A stretch of 64,000 nucleotides of DNA, taken from NCBI RefSeq assembly GCF_004010195.1, contig NC_057711.1, positions 73,655,399-73,719,398 on the forward strand. The letters run 5' to 3'. The notes beneath the pieces were generated by a model, which was not told where the DNA came from, searched no databases, and saw only the letters and a program-made list of their open reading frames with translations. Below, piece by piece: positions 49,914 to 61,950 of this stretch. The stretch comes from Chiloscyllium plagiosum. Lineage: Eukaryota. Position numbers and translations under genes: made by a program. Position 1 is the first letter of the stretch; each line of letters begins with the position of its first letter.

Positions 49914-52228
49914 TAAGCTATGAATCAGAAGTATTCTGCAAATCACTTTATATTTATAGAATCGCAGAAGAGTACAGAATAACACAACACAAAGGAGGCC
50001 ATGTTCATTGCACCAGGCCTTCAAAAGAAATAGTTTTTAATTCATTCAAGGGAGCACATCTTGCTCATCCCGAGTTACTCTTGAGAAGGTGATGGTGAGC
50101 TCCTTCTTGAACTGCTGTTAGGAGGATGTTCCAAGACTTTGAGCCAGCACCAGTGAAATAATGGTGACATGTTTCCAAGTCAGGACAGTGAATGTGTTGG
50201 AGAGGAAATGGCAGGTTGTGGTGTTCCCATGTACAGTATCTGCTACCTTGTCTTTCTAGATGCTAGTGGGGTTTTGGCAGTGTTGTCTCAGAATGTTTGG
50301 TGAATTTCTGAAGTGCATATTTGATGATGGCACCTAGTGTTACTGCTGGTCTTCAGTGATGGAGGGTCTGAATGTTTATGGATGTAATATAAATCAACTG
50401 AGCTGCTTTGTCTTGGACAATATGTTTGAATGTTGTTGGAACTGTGCTCATCCAGACAAGTGGGGAATATTCCATCACAGTCCTCACTTGTGCCTTGTAG
50501 ATGGCTTTGGGGAGTTAGGTGGTGAGTCACTTGCTACAGGATTTCTAGCATTTTAGCTGCTCTTGTAGCCACAGTATTTATATGATTACAATTCAATTTA
50601 AGCAATTCAATTAGTCTCAGTCCCCTGCTCTTTGCTCATAGCCCTGCAAATATCCCCCTTCCAAATTTATACCCAAGTTATGCTTTAAAATGACTATTAT
50701 ACCTGAATCTGCCATTCAGCAGTACATTAAAGATCATAACAGCTTGCTACTTTTTAAAGTCACGTTGCCTTTGATTCTTTTGCTAATTATCTTAACCTTG
50801 GTTATTGATACTTCTGCCATTGATTCCTCTGTCAAAACCTTATGCAACTTTCAACACTTCCATAATACCCTCCTTACCATTTTCTTCTCTATGGAATAGA
50901 GCCCAAGCCCAATGTAGTTTTGAAATCTTTCATTCCTGACACTATTCTATTATATCTGTTAAACTTCTTCACAGCCCTCCTTAAGTACAGTGGCAAGAGT
51001 TGGCCACAATGCACCAATTGAAGGCTAATCAATATCTTAGAAAAATTTAGTCTAAGTTTCTCACTTTTGTGCTCCAAGTTTCTATTTCTTTAGATCTTTC
51101 TTTAGATCTTCTTAGCAGGCTGCTTAACTTATCTTGCTACCTTCAAAACTTGTGTACCCCTAGATTTCTCTGTGCTTGGACGAGTTTAAGTCAAATTGTT
51201 TGCCAACTGTATTTCTACATTTCACCATGAAGTAATTCACTCAACATTGCCGTGTATGTGCTCTAAATCACCACACCATCCTTCCCAGTACTTAGCACCA
51301 AAAATAGTTGTGTAACTGCTAAAGGGCTGAATCTTACATCTTTTATTTCTCTGTCCATTTTGTCGAGCTTCACAGAGGTTTTCTCTTCATAAGGCCTCAC
51401 AACAGCTCTCACTGTACATTACCAAACTCATAGTAATGACCTATCCTGCCCCATGGTCACCCTCTCGGTCAATTCTTGCCCCATTCTACTACTGGAATAA
51501 CTCACCATTGCCAGGATCTTCGGGAAAGGACCAGCAACTCTGGCACTAGTGCCATCTTTACAAGACTGCTGCGTACCCAGACGAGCATTAGCAATCTGAT
51601 GTTGCTGCTCACTGGTAATGTTATGACACAACAGTCACAAACCCACGCTGCTCATGGCATATTGCAAGCATGGCTGATACTAACTCACCCATTCGATCCC
51701 ATTCTCTCATGTTAGTCTTTGTTTAACCACTTGGTCACGTGTTTTCCTTATCCTTAGTTACATCTCAACTAAACACTGCCTCTAGGTCATCACAACTCTT
51801 TCACCAATGTCCATTTATTGCACGTTGCAAAAGAAAGGTGATTGTAGTGCTGCTCCAATGGACTCTTTGGCAATGGACCCTTATTTGATACTACAGCTTC
51901 CCTTTACATTCTCTTGAACAATCAAAGCATGTATCCTCAAGTCCATGTGGTGTAGGTATATCTATAGTGCTTTAAGAAGGGAGTTTCAGGATTTTGACCA
52001 AGTAACAGAGGAGGAATAATGTTATAGTTCCCAGTCAGGACAGTGTGAGGTTTGGAGGGCAACTTTCAGGTATTATTCCCACACATCTGCTGCTTTATCC
52101 TTCGAGCTGAAAGAAGTATGGTTTTGGAAAGAATTCTAAAAGTTCAGAAATGATTACTTTAAAAAGGTAGCCCATGCATTTTTAAGAAAGTAATACCTGA
52201 GCCGAAGCAGTTTCCTTATTTTTTTATA

Positions 52229-52542
52229 TTAGATTACTTACAATATGGAAACAGGCCCTTCAGCCCAACAAGTCCACACCGCCCCTCCGAAGAGCAACCC
52301 ACCCAGATCCATTCCTCTACATTTACCCCTTCACCTAACACCACGGGCAATTTAGCATGGCCAATTCACCTAACCTGCACATTTTTGGAATGTGGGAGGA
52401 AACTGGAGCACCTGGAGGAAACCTACGCAGACACGGGGAGAATGTGCAAACTCCATACAGGCAGTTGCCTGAGGCGGGAAATAAACCCAGGTCCCTGGCG
52501 CTGTGAGGCAGCAGTGCTAACCACTGTGCCACTGCACCGCCC
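52229..52542 (-). mobile_element. HE1-type SINE, near full length
   Basis: Reverse complement gggcggtgcagtggcacagtggttagcactgctgcc...gtttccatattgtaagtaatctaa. Confidence 0.92.
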
Positions 52543-53289
52543 ACAAATGTTGAAGTTAAACATAAATATATAAAATAAAAGGTTGCAGCAGGCATAATGA
52601 CCAGAAGCAGATGGCCTCAGGAGCCCAGCACTTCAAACCTGACCAACCGACTGTAGAATAATCAAGCTTATGTCACTGCAGGGTTTCATCTTCTATTAAT
52701 AAATGGCTTCCTTCAACCTGTTATACTATAGTATAAGTGGCAGTGTCATCCCAAAGGTGATTGGGCTCAGCATTGACAGAGTGAGGGAAATGAAGACAGG
52801 CATAGAACAACAGACTGAAATGTTCTAAGAATGGATCAGAATCTGAGAATGTTAGACAGGAATTTTCCAACAATGGACTGGAGTTTATCCTTGGGTCTTT
52901 CCTGGCTTTCTCAGGACTGGACATGGTTAGAGTTGCAGACAGAAGCTGTACTGATGATTGTTCACACCCGTTAGTATCCCATCCTCACTATTGTTCCTGG
53001 TAAGCCTATCTCTGCCAGTTCGATAAATGATGGTGAATGTTATTATTATTTCAGATATGTATATTTAGCAAATACATAAACTGTTATCTTCAGTTTTACT
53101 CACAAACTCCACCTCATTTCCATGAATTTCAGACTCCTCGCTCATACACGTTTCAGAAGGAACAACACTGGTCCACCCCTTCAGTCTCCCTTTTCCCTGA
53201 AGTGTTTTAAGAGCCGTATACTATCTGTCATCAAACATGTCTATACCCAACTCTATAATATAATATGTTTATTTATGTTATTTTGACAG

Positions 53290-53478
53290 GAATCTATTGT
53301 GGATGAAGAGGAAAACCAAAAAGATGAAAACATTCACTTGAGGAGATTTCTTATCGTGTTAGCTAATTTTCTTATATTTTGTTGTCTTGCTGGAAGTGGC
53401 TATCTCATATTTTATGTTGTGAAGAAGTCACAGACATATGCAACGTTGGAAGAGTTAACATGGTATCAGAAAAATGAA
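53290..53478 (+). CDS. TMC2: TMC2 exon 11 (ESIVDEEENQKDENIHLRRFLIVLANF...WYQKNE)
   Basis: Acceptor ttttgacag, donor GAA|gtaagt; 189 nt, phase 0-0. Confidence 0.97.
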
Positions 53479-53899
53479 GTAAGTGGCAAACTATAATTAT
53501 AAAGTGCAAGGAAGAATAAAAGTCAAATGCACATTTATGCTCTTTTCAAAAAGCTATCTTGTTATTTATTAAGTACACTATACTTATTGGAATTTCTATT
53601 TGCACAGTGGAACATGGCAATTCCCAGTTTTTATTGACAAAGTTAATCCATTTAGATGATATGCATTTCCTACTATTGTTCAAGTGTTGGCCTTTTTTAT
53701 CATACTTAACTATAGGGAAGATTATTCACAAATTTAATCTTGTATGCTATTGTGTACAGGAAAACAAAGAATGTGCTCACAACTTACCTGTTTCTGATGA
53801 CCATGTGAACCTTAATGTTGAGGGTCTCCGACAAAGTTTTGGTGCCTTAAAAGCAGCAGTGTTTGTTGGCACACCAAGGAGGGATAAATTGAGGGTTGG

Positions 53900-55300
53900 C
53901 AGGGCAACGCAGATGGCAAACCGATGAACAAGGACAGAATGAGGGGGAGATGCTGTGTCTTGGAAGGTTCAGAAGTTCGTTGTGCTTAATGAGTAAGCAG
54001 AAAGAGTGTCGAGGTTATTGTACAACACACTCTCAAAATAGAATGGCTGCAGGCAAATATATAAGGATTGTGGAGTTGTACCTTCATATTGTGACCATTT
54101 GAAGGAGTCTCCTAATAATCAGGAGCCCAGTGGTTGGGCAAGCATATTCAGCTATGCACAATCCTTACAATTCCAGCAGATCAACAGAACAACTATAATC
54201 GAGTAATAATATTCCACAAGATCTTTAGAACTCATGGATCTAAAGTAAACTTTCATTGATTATCACCTCATGATCTCCCAGGTATGAAGTGAACAATGCA
54301 GCAAGGGATGCAAATGCAATCTATAAGCTGTCACATTGACAAAGGCCAACTTTCCTGGGATAGCAGAACTACTGTATGAAGAGAGACTGCATTGGCTTGG
54401 ACTACCTTCACAGGTGTTTGGAAGAAAGAAAGGGGACCTCAGAGAAACCTATGACATTCTGTCATGCCTAGAAAGGATAAACAGGAAGGATGCTCCCGAA
54501 GACCATGGAATCCAGAACCCAGGGGTCACAGCTGAAGAGTATAGTTAAGAAGAGTTGGGAAGAATTTTCTTCAGCTAGAAAGTGGTGAGCCAGTGGAATT
54601 CTCTGCCACCAAAAACATTTGAGGTTTAAATGTTTTGAAGAAAGTTATAGTTCTTAGGGCTAAAGGGAACAAAGAGTAAGTGTGAAAGTGTACTGAGTTG
54701 GATAATGAGCCATGAGTATTGAATGGTGGAGCAGATTGGAAGAGTTGAATACCCATACTTATCTTCTCTTTTCAAGCAGCATCAATTTCCCTTAGGATGC
54801 AAGGAGTCAGGCGGGCAGAGCAGTTGGGTTTGCTGCTATTGCAGGATTGCCACAGGTAGAGCGTGAAATCTATTATCGCCATCACAGTGTCCTATCAGCA
54901 TTCAACAGTCTTCAGGAATGGGAAAGGTTCCTACTCCATGAATGTACAGATAATCTGTGACCAGCCAGATAATATAGGTCTACACATACTATCCAAGGAA
55001 CTGTCATGGCGCCCAAATTCTGGAACAGCACAGCACCTTTCAGCACCACATCCACATTAAGCCTCTTCAAACCCTTGCTCATGAAACCTGAGAGAAATCC
55101 ACAGACTGATGCTGAGGAGAGGTACAATGCTGTACATGTTTCCACAAGGGTCATGGTGGAGCAGATCATAGAATATCTGAAGATTCAGCCATCAAGACCA
55201 GTCAAGCAGTGTGGTGCAGTACATCTTAGACTGAGTGTCTCACGTCGTAGCTCTTCATAACCTGACTCTACTAAAGGGGATGTCTTGGCACAGAATGAGA
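53900..55300 (+). mobile_element. PIF/Harbinger transposase relic (HARBI1-like), split by a CR1 fragment at about 54335-54760
   Basis: MLCLGRFRS, GFAAIAGLPQV, FRNGKGSYSMNVQIICD, LLMKPERNPQTDAEERYNAVHVSTRVMVEQII. Confidence 0.8.
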
Positions 55301-55650
55301 TGGAGGTATGGGAGGTCTGTTGTGAAGAGAAAGCTGATGCTAAGGATGTTCTGATGGAGGAGGGAGACCCTCACAGGCACCAAGATGACAGGGCTATGGC
55401 CCAACAAATCAGAGAGGTTGCTTCTTTCTGAATGTGATGTGATGATTTTGAGGCAGTAAGCCAAGAGGAGAGCTCTTGAGGTTCTAGGTGAACTGTAGCT
55501 GTGTCACAGTGGGCCCTTCCATGAACTGAGGCTCATGCATGGCTGCAATACTCTGAGCCATCCCCTTATTAAAGCGAAAGCTGATCAGGGAGCACACCCT
55601 TGGATCAGTGAGCCCGTCCTGGAGAACTGCTCAAGAAACCCACAGAAACT

Positions 55651-55745
55651 GGGTCACTTGACCCGAAACGTTAACTCTGATTTCTCTCCACAGATGCTGC
55701 TAGACCTGCTGAGATTTTCCAGTAATTTCCATTTTTGTTGCAGAT
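55651..55745 (+). mobile_element. PLE family-2 terminal fragment (3' half of a hammerhead)
   Basis: gggtc-actt-gaccc-gaaa-cgtt-aact followed by ctccacagatgctgctagacctgctgag. Confidence 0.65.
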
Positions 55746-57396
55746 GTGAAATGCTCAGTTAACACTCTACCAATATCCTCCAGCTCCACACACACTTTGC
55801 CTCCTTGGTCCTTAACAGGCGCTACTCTTTTCTGAGCTTTCCTCTTCCTCTGGACATACTTATAGAATGTTTTGGGATTCTCCCAAATCTTACCAATATT
55901 TTCTCATGTCTCTTCTTTGCTCTCCTCATTGCTTTCTTAAGTTCCCACCTGCACTTTATTTCCTCTACTAAGGCCCCTGTTAAAAGCCTCTCTTTTCTTC
56001 TTAAGAGTCTGAATATTCTTAGATATCCGAGTTATCTATGGCCTATTGCTCATATATTTCACCTTAAAAGGAATGTGTTGGGCCTATACTCTCACCAATT
56101 CCATTTGAATACAGCCCTCCACCCCACCCTCCCAGAATTGTTATGTTTTGGATCTACCCAGAAGTAACTCTTCCCAGTCTACTTTGACCAGATCCTGCTT
56201 TACTGAATAAAGTCTGCATTTCCCCGATTCAAAATCCTTTCTTGCTGAAACTTCCACAAGAGACTTAGAACATACAGTTTTAACATACACATAGTAGCAA
56301 CACATTGTTTGCGATGAGCATCCAGTATCCTGAGGTGTTAACAGTTCCACACTATACGTCACCAAGAAATGGTAAGAGTCACCTCTCAGGTGTGCTTTCC
56401 CTACCTCATACAGAGATTGCCGAGCCTGACTTTGGAGGCTCTTGCTGAAGATATAAGTTTTGATTCCTGCACCCTTTTTGTCATCTCTTGGTATAATTTT
56501 CATGAACTGTCTGAATGGGGCCCAATGCATAACTGTTCCAGACCTAAAATCCTGCTGTTCAATTGCTTGGACAAAGTGTGTGTCTCTGAGGGAGTACAGG
56601 CACAAACATTGCTGACGTAGCAAGACTTTCAACATGTCCCGATGGAAGGACAGTATCTCTTTGCAGTGTGCAAAGATGCTGCACAGCTTTTAAATTAGGC
56701 AATGAAGTTGGAGCCTGGAGTGGTAATTAGATTACTACAAACATTAGAACAATAAGAATGAATATACTTACAAATGTAATGTTTTATGAATTAATGTGAC
56801 AGTATTGCTGAGGGGCTCTCAAAATGATTTATTCTTCCTTTGCCTACCAGAACATTCAGCTCCGAGCTTGACATTCACTGGTGGTGTGGAGAGAGTTTTG
56901 TTAATGATATTGTCTGGTGACTATGGAGGCTGGGGAAGGTGTCCTCCATGGCTTTGGGGTATAGAGAGTCCTGGCCTGGTGAAAGCATCTGCACAGATGT
57001 AGGAATATTCTCTTCAACCTGATCTGCTCCAAGTAATGGGATCTCTGTGGAGGGGAGTTCGGGGAAGGGCATCTCTCTAACATCCTGAGATAAAACTCCT
57101 GGGTGCCTGTCTGTCGCTCCTCCTCATTTTCAGAGCCAGTTGTCTCCTTCAGAAGAAAGGATACCTAGAGTGAGGTCAAAGTGCTTATCCCGTGTCACGG
57201 TGACAATAATACTGAGCAGCACAGATGATAACAAAGGAGTGCAGGTTCAGGCATTTATCCAGCAGAATGTTCTGATGGATCTGGATCTTCAAGGCAAACA
57301 CTGCTAGTCTTTCCATGATTAAGTCCTTGCATGCCAAAGCCATCACGTTAGACAGAAGATGGATAGAGTGCTCCATCTTTTGCTCCAGTTTAATGA

Positions 57397-57576
57397 TGGC
57401 CATGCTAAATTGCCCGTAGTGTTAGGTAAGGGGTACATGTAGGGATATGGGTGGGTTGCACTTCGGCGGGGCGGTGTGGACTTGTTGGGCCGAAGGGCCT
57501 GTTTCCACACTGTAAGTAATCTAATCTAATCTAATCTAATCTAATCTAATCTAATCTAATCTAATCTAATCTAATC
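57397..57576 (+). mobile_element. 5'-truncated HE1 SINE with long (CTAAT)n tail
   Basis: tggccatgctaaattgcccgtagtg...ccacactgtaagtaat followed by about 11 ctaat units. Confidence 0.9.
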
Positions 57577-57889
57577 CCTGTCTCATGTCCCTTGCTTGTC
57601 TCTGCAAGGTGAACTTGTGAAGCTTATGACTTTGTACATGGCTAGATCTTCCTCATGGGATTCAATAAGTGCCTGCTTTCAAATAACATTTATATGTCAG
57701 AGAGCTTGGCTGCTACTTCTTCCAGCAGATATGAACATGATCCTTTATTTTCTAGTTTATTAAGAAAGAGGTTACTATTAACTATTTCCTTATTTTCCTA
57801 ACTATTCTATGAAAGTAAAGCTTAACATTTTAACTCTATTTCTCTCACTATTTTTTACCTAAGTTTTGTTTTGTATCTAGGTACCTTTA

Positions 57890-58056
57890 TATTTAAGATG
57901 GCACTGTGTATGGTCACATTATGCACTTTTCACTCCTGTACTTCTGTATTTGAGTGCATGTGATAATAAAGTCTGAATCTAAATCTGAATCTAAATCTAA
58001 ATCTAAATCTGAATCTAAATCTGAATCTAAATCTAAATCTGAATTTAAATCTAAAT
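57890..58056 (+). repeat. LINE-like 3' end with (TCTRAA)n hexamer tail (57972-58056); related end on the minus strand at about 59250-59305
   Basis: ttttcactcctgtac...gagtgcatgtgataataaa followed by tctgaa/tctaaa repeats. Confidence 0.75.
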
Positions 58057-58769
58057 GTCAGTGAAGTGTTCTCCATGCTGTGTCCTAAGTATAATTTATC
58101 AAAAGTAACCACCATTTTGGCATTCTTTGTGCTGTTCAAGAGTGCAGATAAACACTTTACTGGTGGCTCCCTTGAGATGTCATCAGCTTCATTGGACAGT
58201 CTCAGGGGCCTGTTCCATTTTATTGTCTGTTGACAGCAGATGTAATAAAGAGAGAATTAATTGATGAAGATGCGCAAACACAATGTATGGGAGTGTGTGA
58301 GAGTGGCTGTATTTCTGAGAAGATCCAGAACGCAGTCTTCCTCACTGGCTTTTGCCATTCCAATCTCTCCATTGGCATGGGACAATTTTGGGTCCTCACC
58401 TACCAGTTGGGTCACATCTTCTTCAAAAGGTGGCATGGAGATGTAGATCAGGAACCCATCTGCCAATCCTGGTCCTTCTCTTTATTCCTGTGTGCCAGCA
58501 TGTCTTGCAATGAGTGTGATGGGAATATGTACATGAGAACTTGATGAGCCTGAAGTCCAGCTAGGTGATCCCTCCCAGTAATTGAATGAGAAATGCAGTA
58601 CCCAGGAAATCTTAGAAGATTGTCAGTTTAAGTTGGATGTGAGCCTTAGTTCACATCATTCATCATATGATGGTGAGGTTAGCTCACCAATTTAACAAAT
58701 CATTACAGTGGTGGAGGTAGATTAATGGATAGCCCTTTGAAATTAAGGTTGCAATGCAAAGATAATGGT

Positions 58770-59060
58770 ACTTAGCCTTGTGGGGCACAGGAAATCATTC
58801 ATTTACTTCCTGCACTGAATCCTGGTGTATCAATGCAACCGAGAGGTGGCACTGACTTCTGACAGGATCTGGGAGCAGGATGACTGGATCTGATAGGATT
58901 TGAGAGCAGGATGCCTGGATCTGATAGGATTTGAGAGCAGGATACCTGGATCTGATAGGATTTGAGAGCAGGATGCCTGGATCTGATGAAAGGGCTTCTT
59001 TTGCCCTTCAGGTTCTGGACAGCCTAAAGCAGAACCGTGATTAAAACACAGAGCCATCTA
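58770..59060 (-). pseudogene. Myb/SANT-like DNA-binding ORF relic (probable Harbinger partner gene)
   Basis: Minus strand PEGQKKPFHQIQ...EVSATSRLH*YTRIQCRK*MNDFL resembles the trihelix V.......RT..QCRKK.NDL motif. Confidence 0.5.
58858..58988. repeat. 31-bp minisatellite, about 4.2 copies
   Basis: Unit gatctgataggatttgagagcaggatgcctg. Confidence 0.95.
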
Positions 59061-59681
59061 ATGAGGCTTGGCAGACATCTCTGTGGAACATGGGTATGGA
59101 AGGAAGACCAATGCCTGACCTGGTTTGCAACATAGGGTGGTCTGGGTGGCCTTTAAAAATGTTACCAGAACCTTTAATCCTGAAAGGTGCATGCAGAGGC
59201 AAGAATGTTCGCTTGCCAGCCACAAAAAAATTGTTTGCATGCAAAACAATTCAAATTTGAATTAGCTTTATTGTCACATGTACTCACATGAGTACAGTGA
59301 AAAGTTTACAAGTTGCCATTACACACCTTCACAGATACCAAGGTGTGTAGGTACAGATTTGTAAGTACTGGAAGAAGTGAGCTGAAGAATGAATGATCAC
59401 CCCAGAAACCTTGCCATGGATCATGGCCCGCTGTAATGCCATCTAAGAGATCTACTGCCACACATTAACTCCAAAATAATTTTAAACAGCTTCTGTATAA
59501 CCATTTCATATTGCTCTATGATTTGTTCTCTCATCTATAGATCAGTTCAGAAGGGTTCATGTTTATTGATTTGACTGAATTCAATATAGATTTTGTAATG
59601 CAAATTACATTTGCAGATATCTTGTCAGTAAGTTGACAGAACAGTGACAATGACTATTCTTTCCTATTGCTCTTCCTGCAG

Positions 59682-59861
59682 ATTGATATCGTCATGGCTT
59701 TGTTGGGAATGTTTGTTCCTCCACTGTTTGAAACCATTGCTGCTCTGGAAAATTATCATCCCCGTATTGCACTGAAGTGGCAGCTTTGGCGAATGTTTGC
59801 TCTTTTTCTCGGTAACCTGTATACATTCCTGCTGGCTCTTATCGATCAAGTCAATGCACAG
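59682..59861 (+). CDS. TMC2: TMC2 exon 12 (IDIVMALLGMFVPPLFETIAALENYHPR...GNLYTFLLALIDQVNAQ)
   Basis: Acceptor cttcctgcag, donor CAG|gtgagc; 180 nt, phase 0-0; TM4-TM5 region. Confidence 0.97.
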
Positions 59862-60841
59862 GTGAGCTATTATCTTTGTTACTTTGCTATATCCTTTGCT
59901 TTATTTTTGATTCATTGCACTGGTTAACCATGGCTTCAATTTCCAATAGCAGTCTTCACTGTGACTGACAGGACAGGAGATGAGGCAATGTTGGGCAGAA
60001 ATGATTAGATAGGAAACCTTATTTGCTGCAAAGCCTTAGCTGATAGGTATTATTTGGATATTGGCAGTAATAATGTTTATATAGCAGATGGAACAACTGT
60101 ACATCTGACCCTCCACTGATGTAGACACTTAGCTGTATTGGTTGCTATGTAGGTGTGATATGTCTTTAAATACAATGGTAGAGTACCGGAGGATGCAGAC
60201 AATTGGATTTTTCAAGTTGATGATCACTCTGGTGTGATGCCTGTTGTGTAGTTTCACATATGGAATGATATAGTGCTAAACATCAACAAAATGGTCCTGG
60301 GCTTGATATTGCAACATGTCTTAAGTATTGAAGCATCTACATGTACTGAATGAACAGGTCTCCTGTAAAGTGCATCAGTAATCCAGTGAATGCATGCCCA
60401 ACTTCCCTGGCTGATATTTCACGTGATCCATATTGCTGCCTGAAGTAAGCAGATACCGTAAAAGATGAGAGTAGCTGTTACACATCAAAACCACAAATAG
60501 AGTCCTGGTTTCAAAAGCAGTATAAAAAGTTAATAGTTCCATGGAATTCTTGCATATGATGCATGAATATGATTGAATTTTTCTTTTTGCTAATTTTTTT
60601 TGTTTTCAACCATTTTATAAAAAGGGAAAGTGAGAGAAGGCTAAACAGGGATATAAAAACAGGTTGTAAGAACATTCTGAACCAAACTGTAGAAAAGTGT
60701 CTTCATTCAGATTGTTTTGAATCTTTGAAATTGTCTAACATATGAGCATATGATGTAGGAACAGAAATAAACAATTTCCCCTTGAGAACGTACTCTGACA
60801 TAATTTAACTCAGGGGAGTGCACTGATAATCATGTCCCACT

Positions 60842-60930
60842 GTTCCTGAAGAAAGGTTGTACACGAAACATCAACTTCTCCACCTCCTGATGCTGCCTGG
60901 CTTGCTGTGTTCTTCCAGCCTCCTGCTTGT
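60842..60930 (+). mobile_element. PLE terminal fragment with degenerate hammerhead
   Basis: gttcctgaagaaaggttgtacacgaaacatcaac...tgatgctgcctggcttgctgtgttcttccagc. Confidence 0.6.
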
Positions 60931-61539
60931 TCACAGTTCCACAAGCTGTCACAAAACGTTTAAAATCCTAATGAGACCACTAAAGTGACCAATTTGTTTT
61001 GTCTGACTGCTATGCAGGACTAAAGCAGTTCACACCAGGCTTTGTCATTAACAGAAAATAACTCAAATGGTTGTAACACACTTAACTTTAATACATGGCA
61101 GAGAAAAGAAGGATTAATAATCTATAACTATGTAAATTAAACTATACCCCTTTAAAATTGACACACTAATTCACAAATACAACAAAAGACAGACAGTTTT
61201 ACACATATATTATTGGTGGAAAAATATAGACCGTGAGCAGAATTCAGATCAAATGTCCGCATCACAAGGGTGTGTTAAATTATCTTTCATAGTTTCCTTG
61301 AGTTTTATCAATAATGTCTGTAAAACAATGGTTGCCTTTCACTTTAGTGGTTTATCTGGTGAACCTAGACCTTTCCTTGAATTAGAATTCTTTCCTTTAA
61401 GTTTTCTTGCTTTTTCTGGCTTTTTGCTCAAAAGGGAAGAGAGAAAGATGTCTTCAGTTTGCCGGCTCTGGTGGTCTCTGGCTGTTCTGCACATACAGGT
61501 CTATAACAAATTGCAGCTCAATCAACCTGTCAAGACCAT

Positions 61540-61950
61540 TTAGATTTTATAAACTTCAACTATGTCTAACTCTTCTAAGCTTCAATGGAAACAACGCCAT
61601 CCCATACAATCTTATAAGATATCCCATTTATTCCAGGTATCAATCTAATCAACCTCATTTGGACTGTCTCGAACACATTTACAACTTCCCTTAAATAAAG
61701 AGACCAAAACTGCTTGTTTTTGACATATAGTCTCACTAATGCCTTTTGTAACTGAAGCATAATATTCTTACTTGTAGGTTGAATTCCCCTCATCGTAAAG
61801 GATGAACCCTTTTAGCCTTCTTGATTACTTGCTGTAGCTGCGTACTAACACTTTGTGATTCAGGCATTAGTACACCTAAATCTCTCTGCACCTTGGATCT
61901 CTGTTTTCCATTTAAGCGAAACACTGCTTTTTTAATTCTTTCTAATGAAA
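61540..61950 (-). mobile_element. Old CR1 fragment
   Basis: MLQLQKALVRL...QFWSLYLR...ETVQMRLIRLIP on the minus strand. Confidence 0.7.

Noticed and set aside
57930..58139. ORF with (RF)n dipeptide
   Set aside because: Translation of the (TCTRAA)n microsatellite.
58982..59012. ctgatgaaagggc...gccc as another hammerhead or a C/D-box RNA
   Set aside because: No GAAA box follows the stem, there is no PLE context, and it overlaps the minisatellite end.
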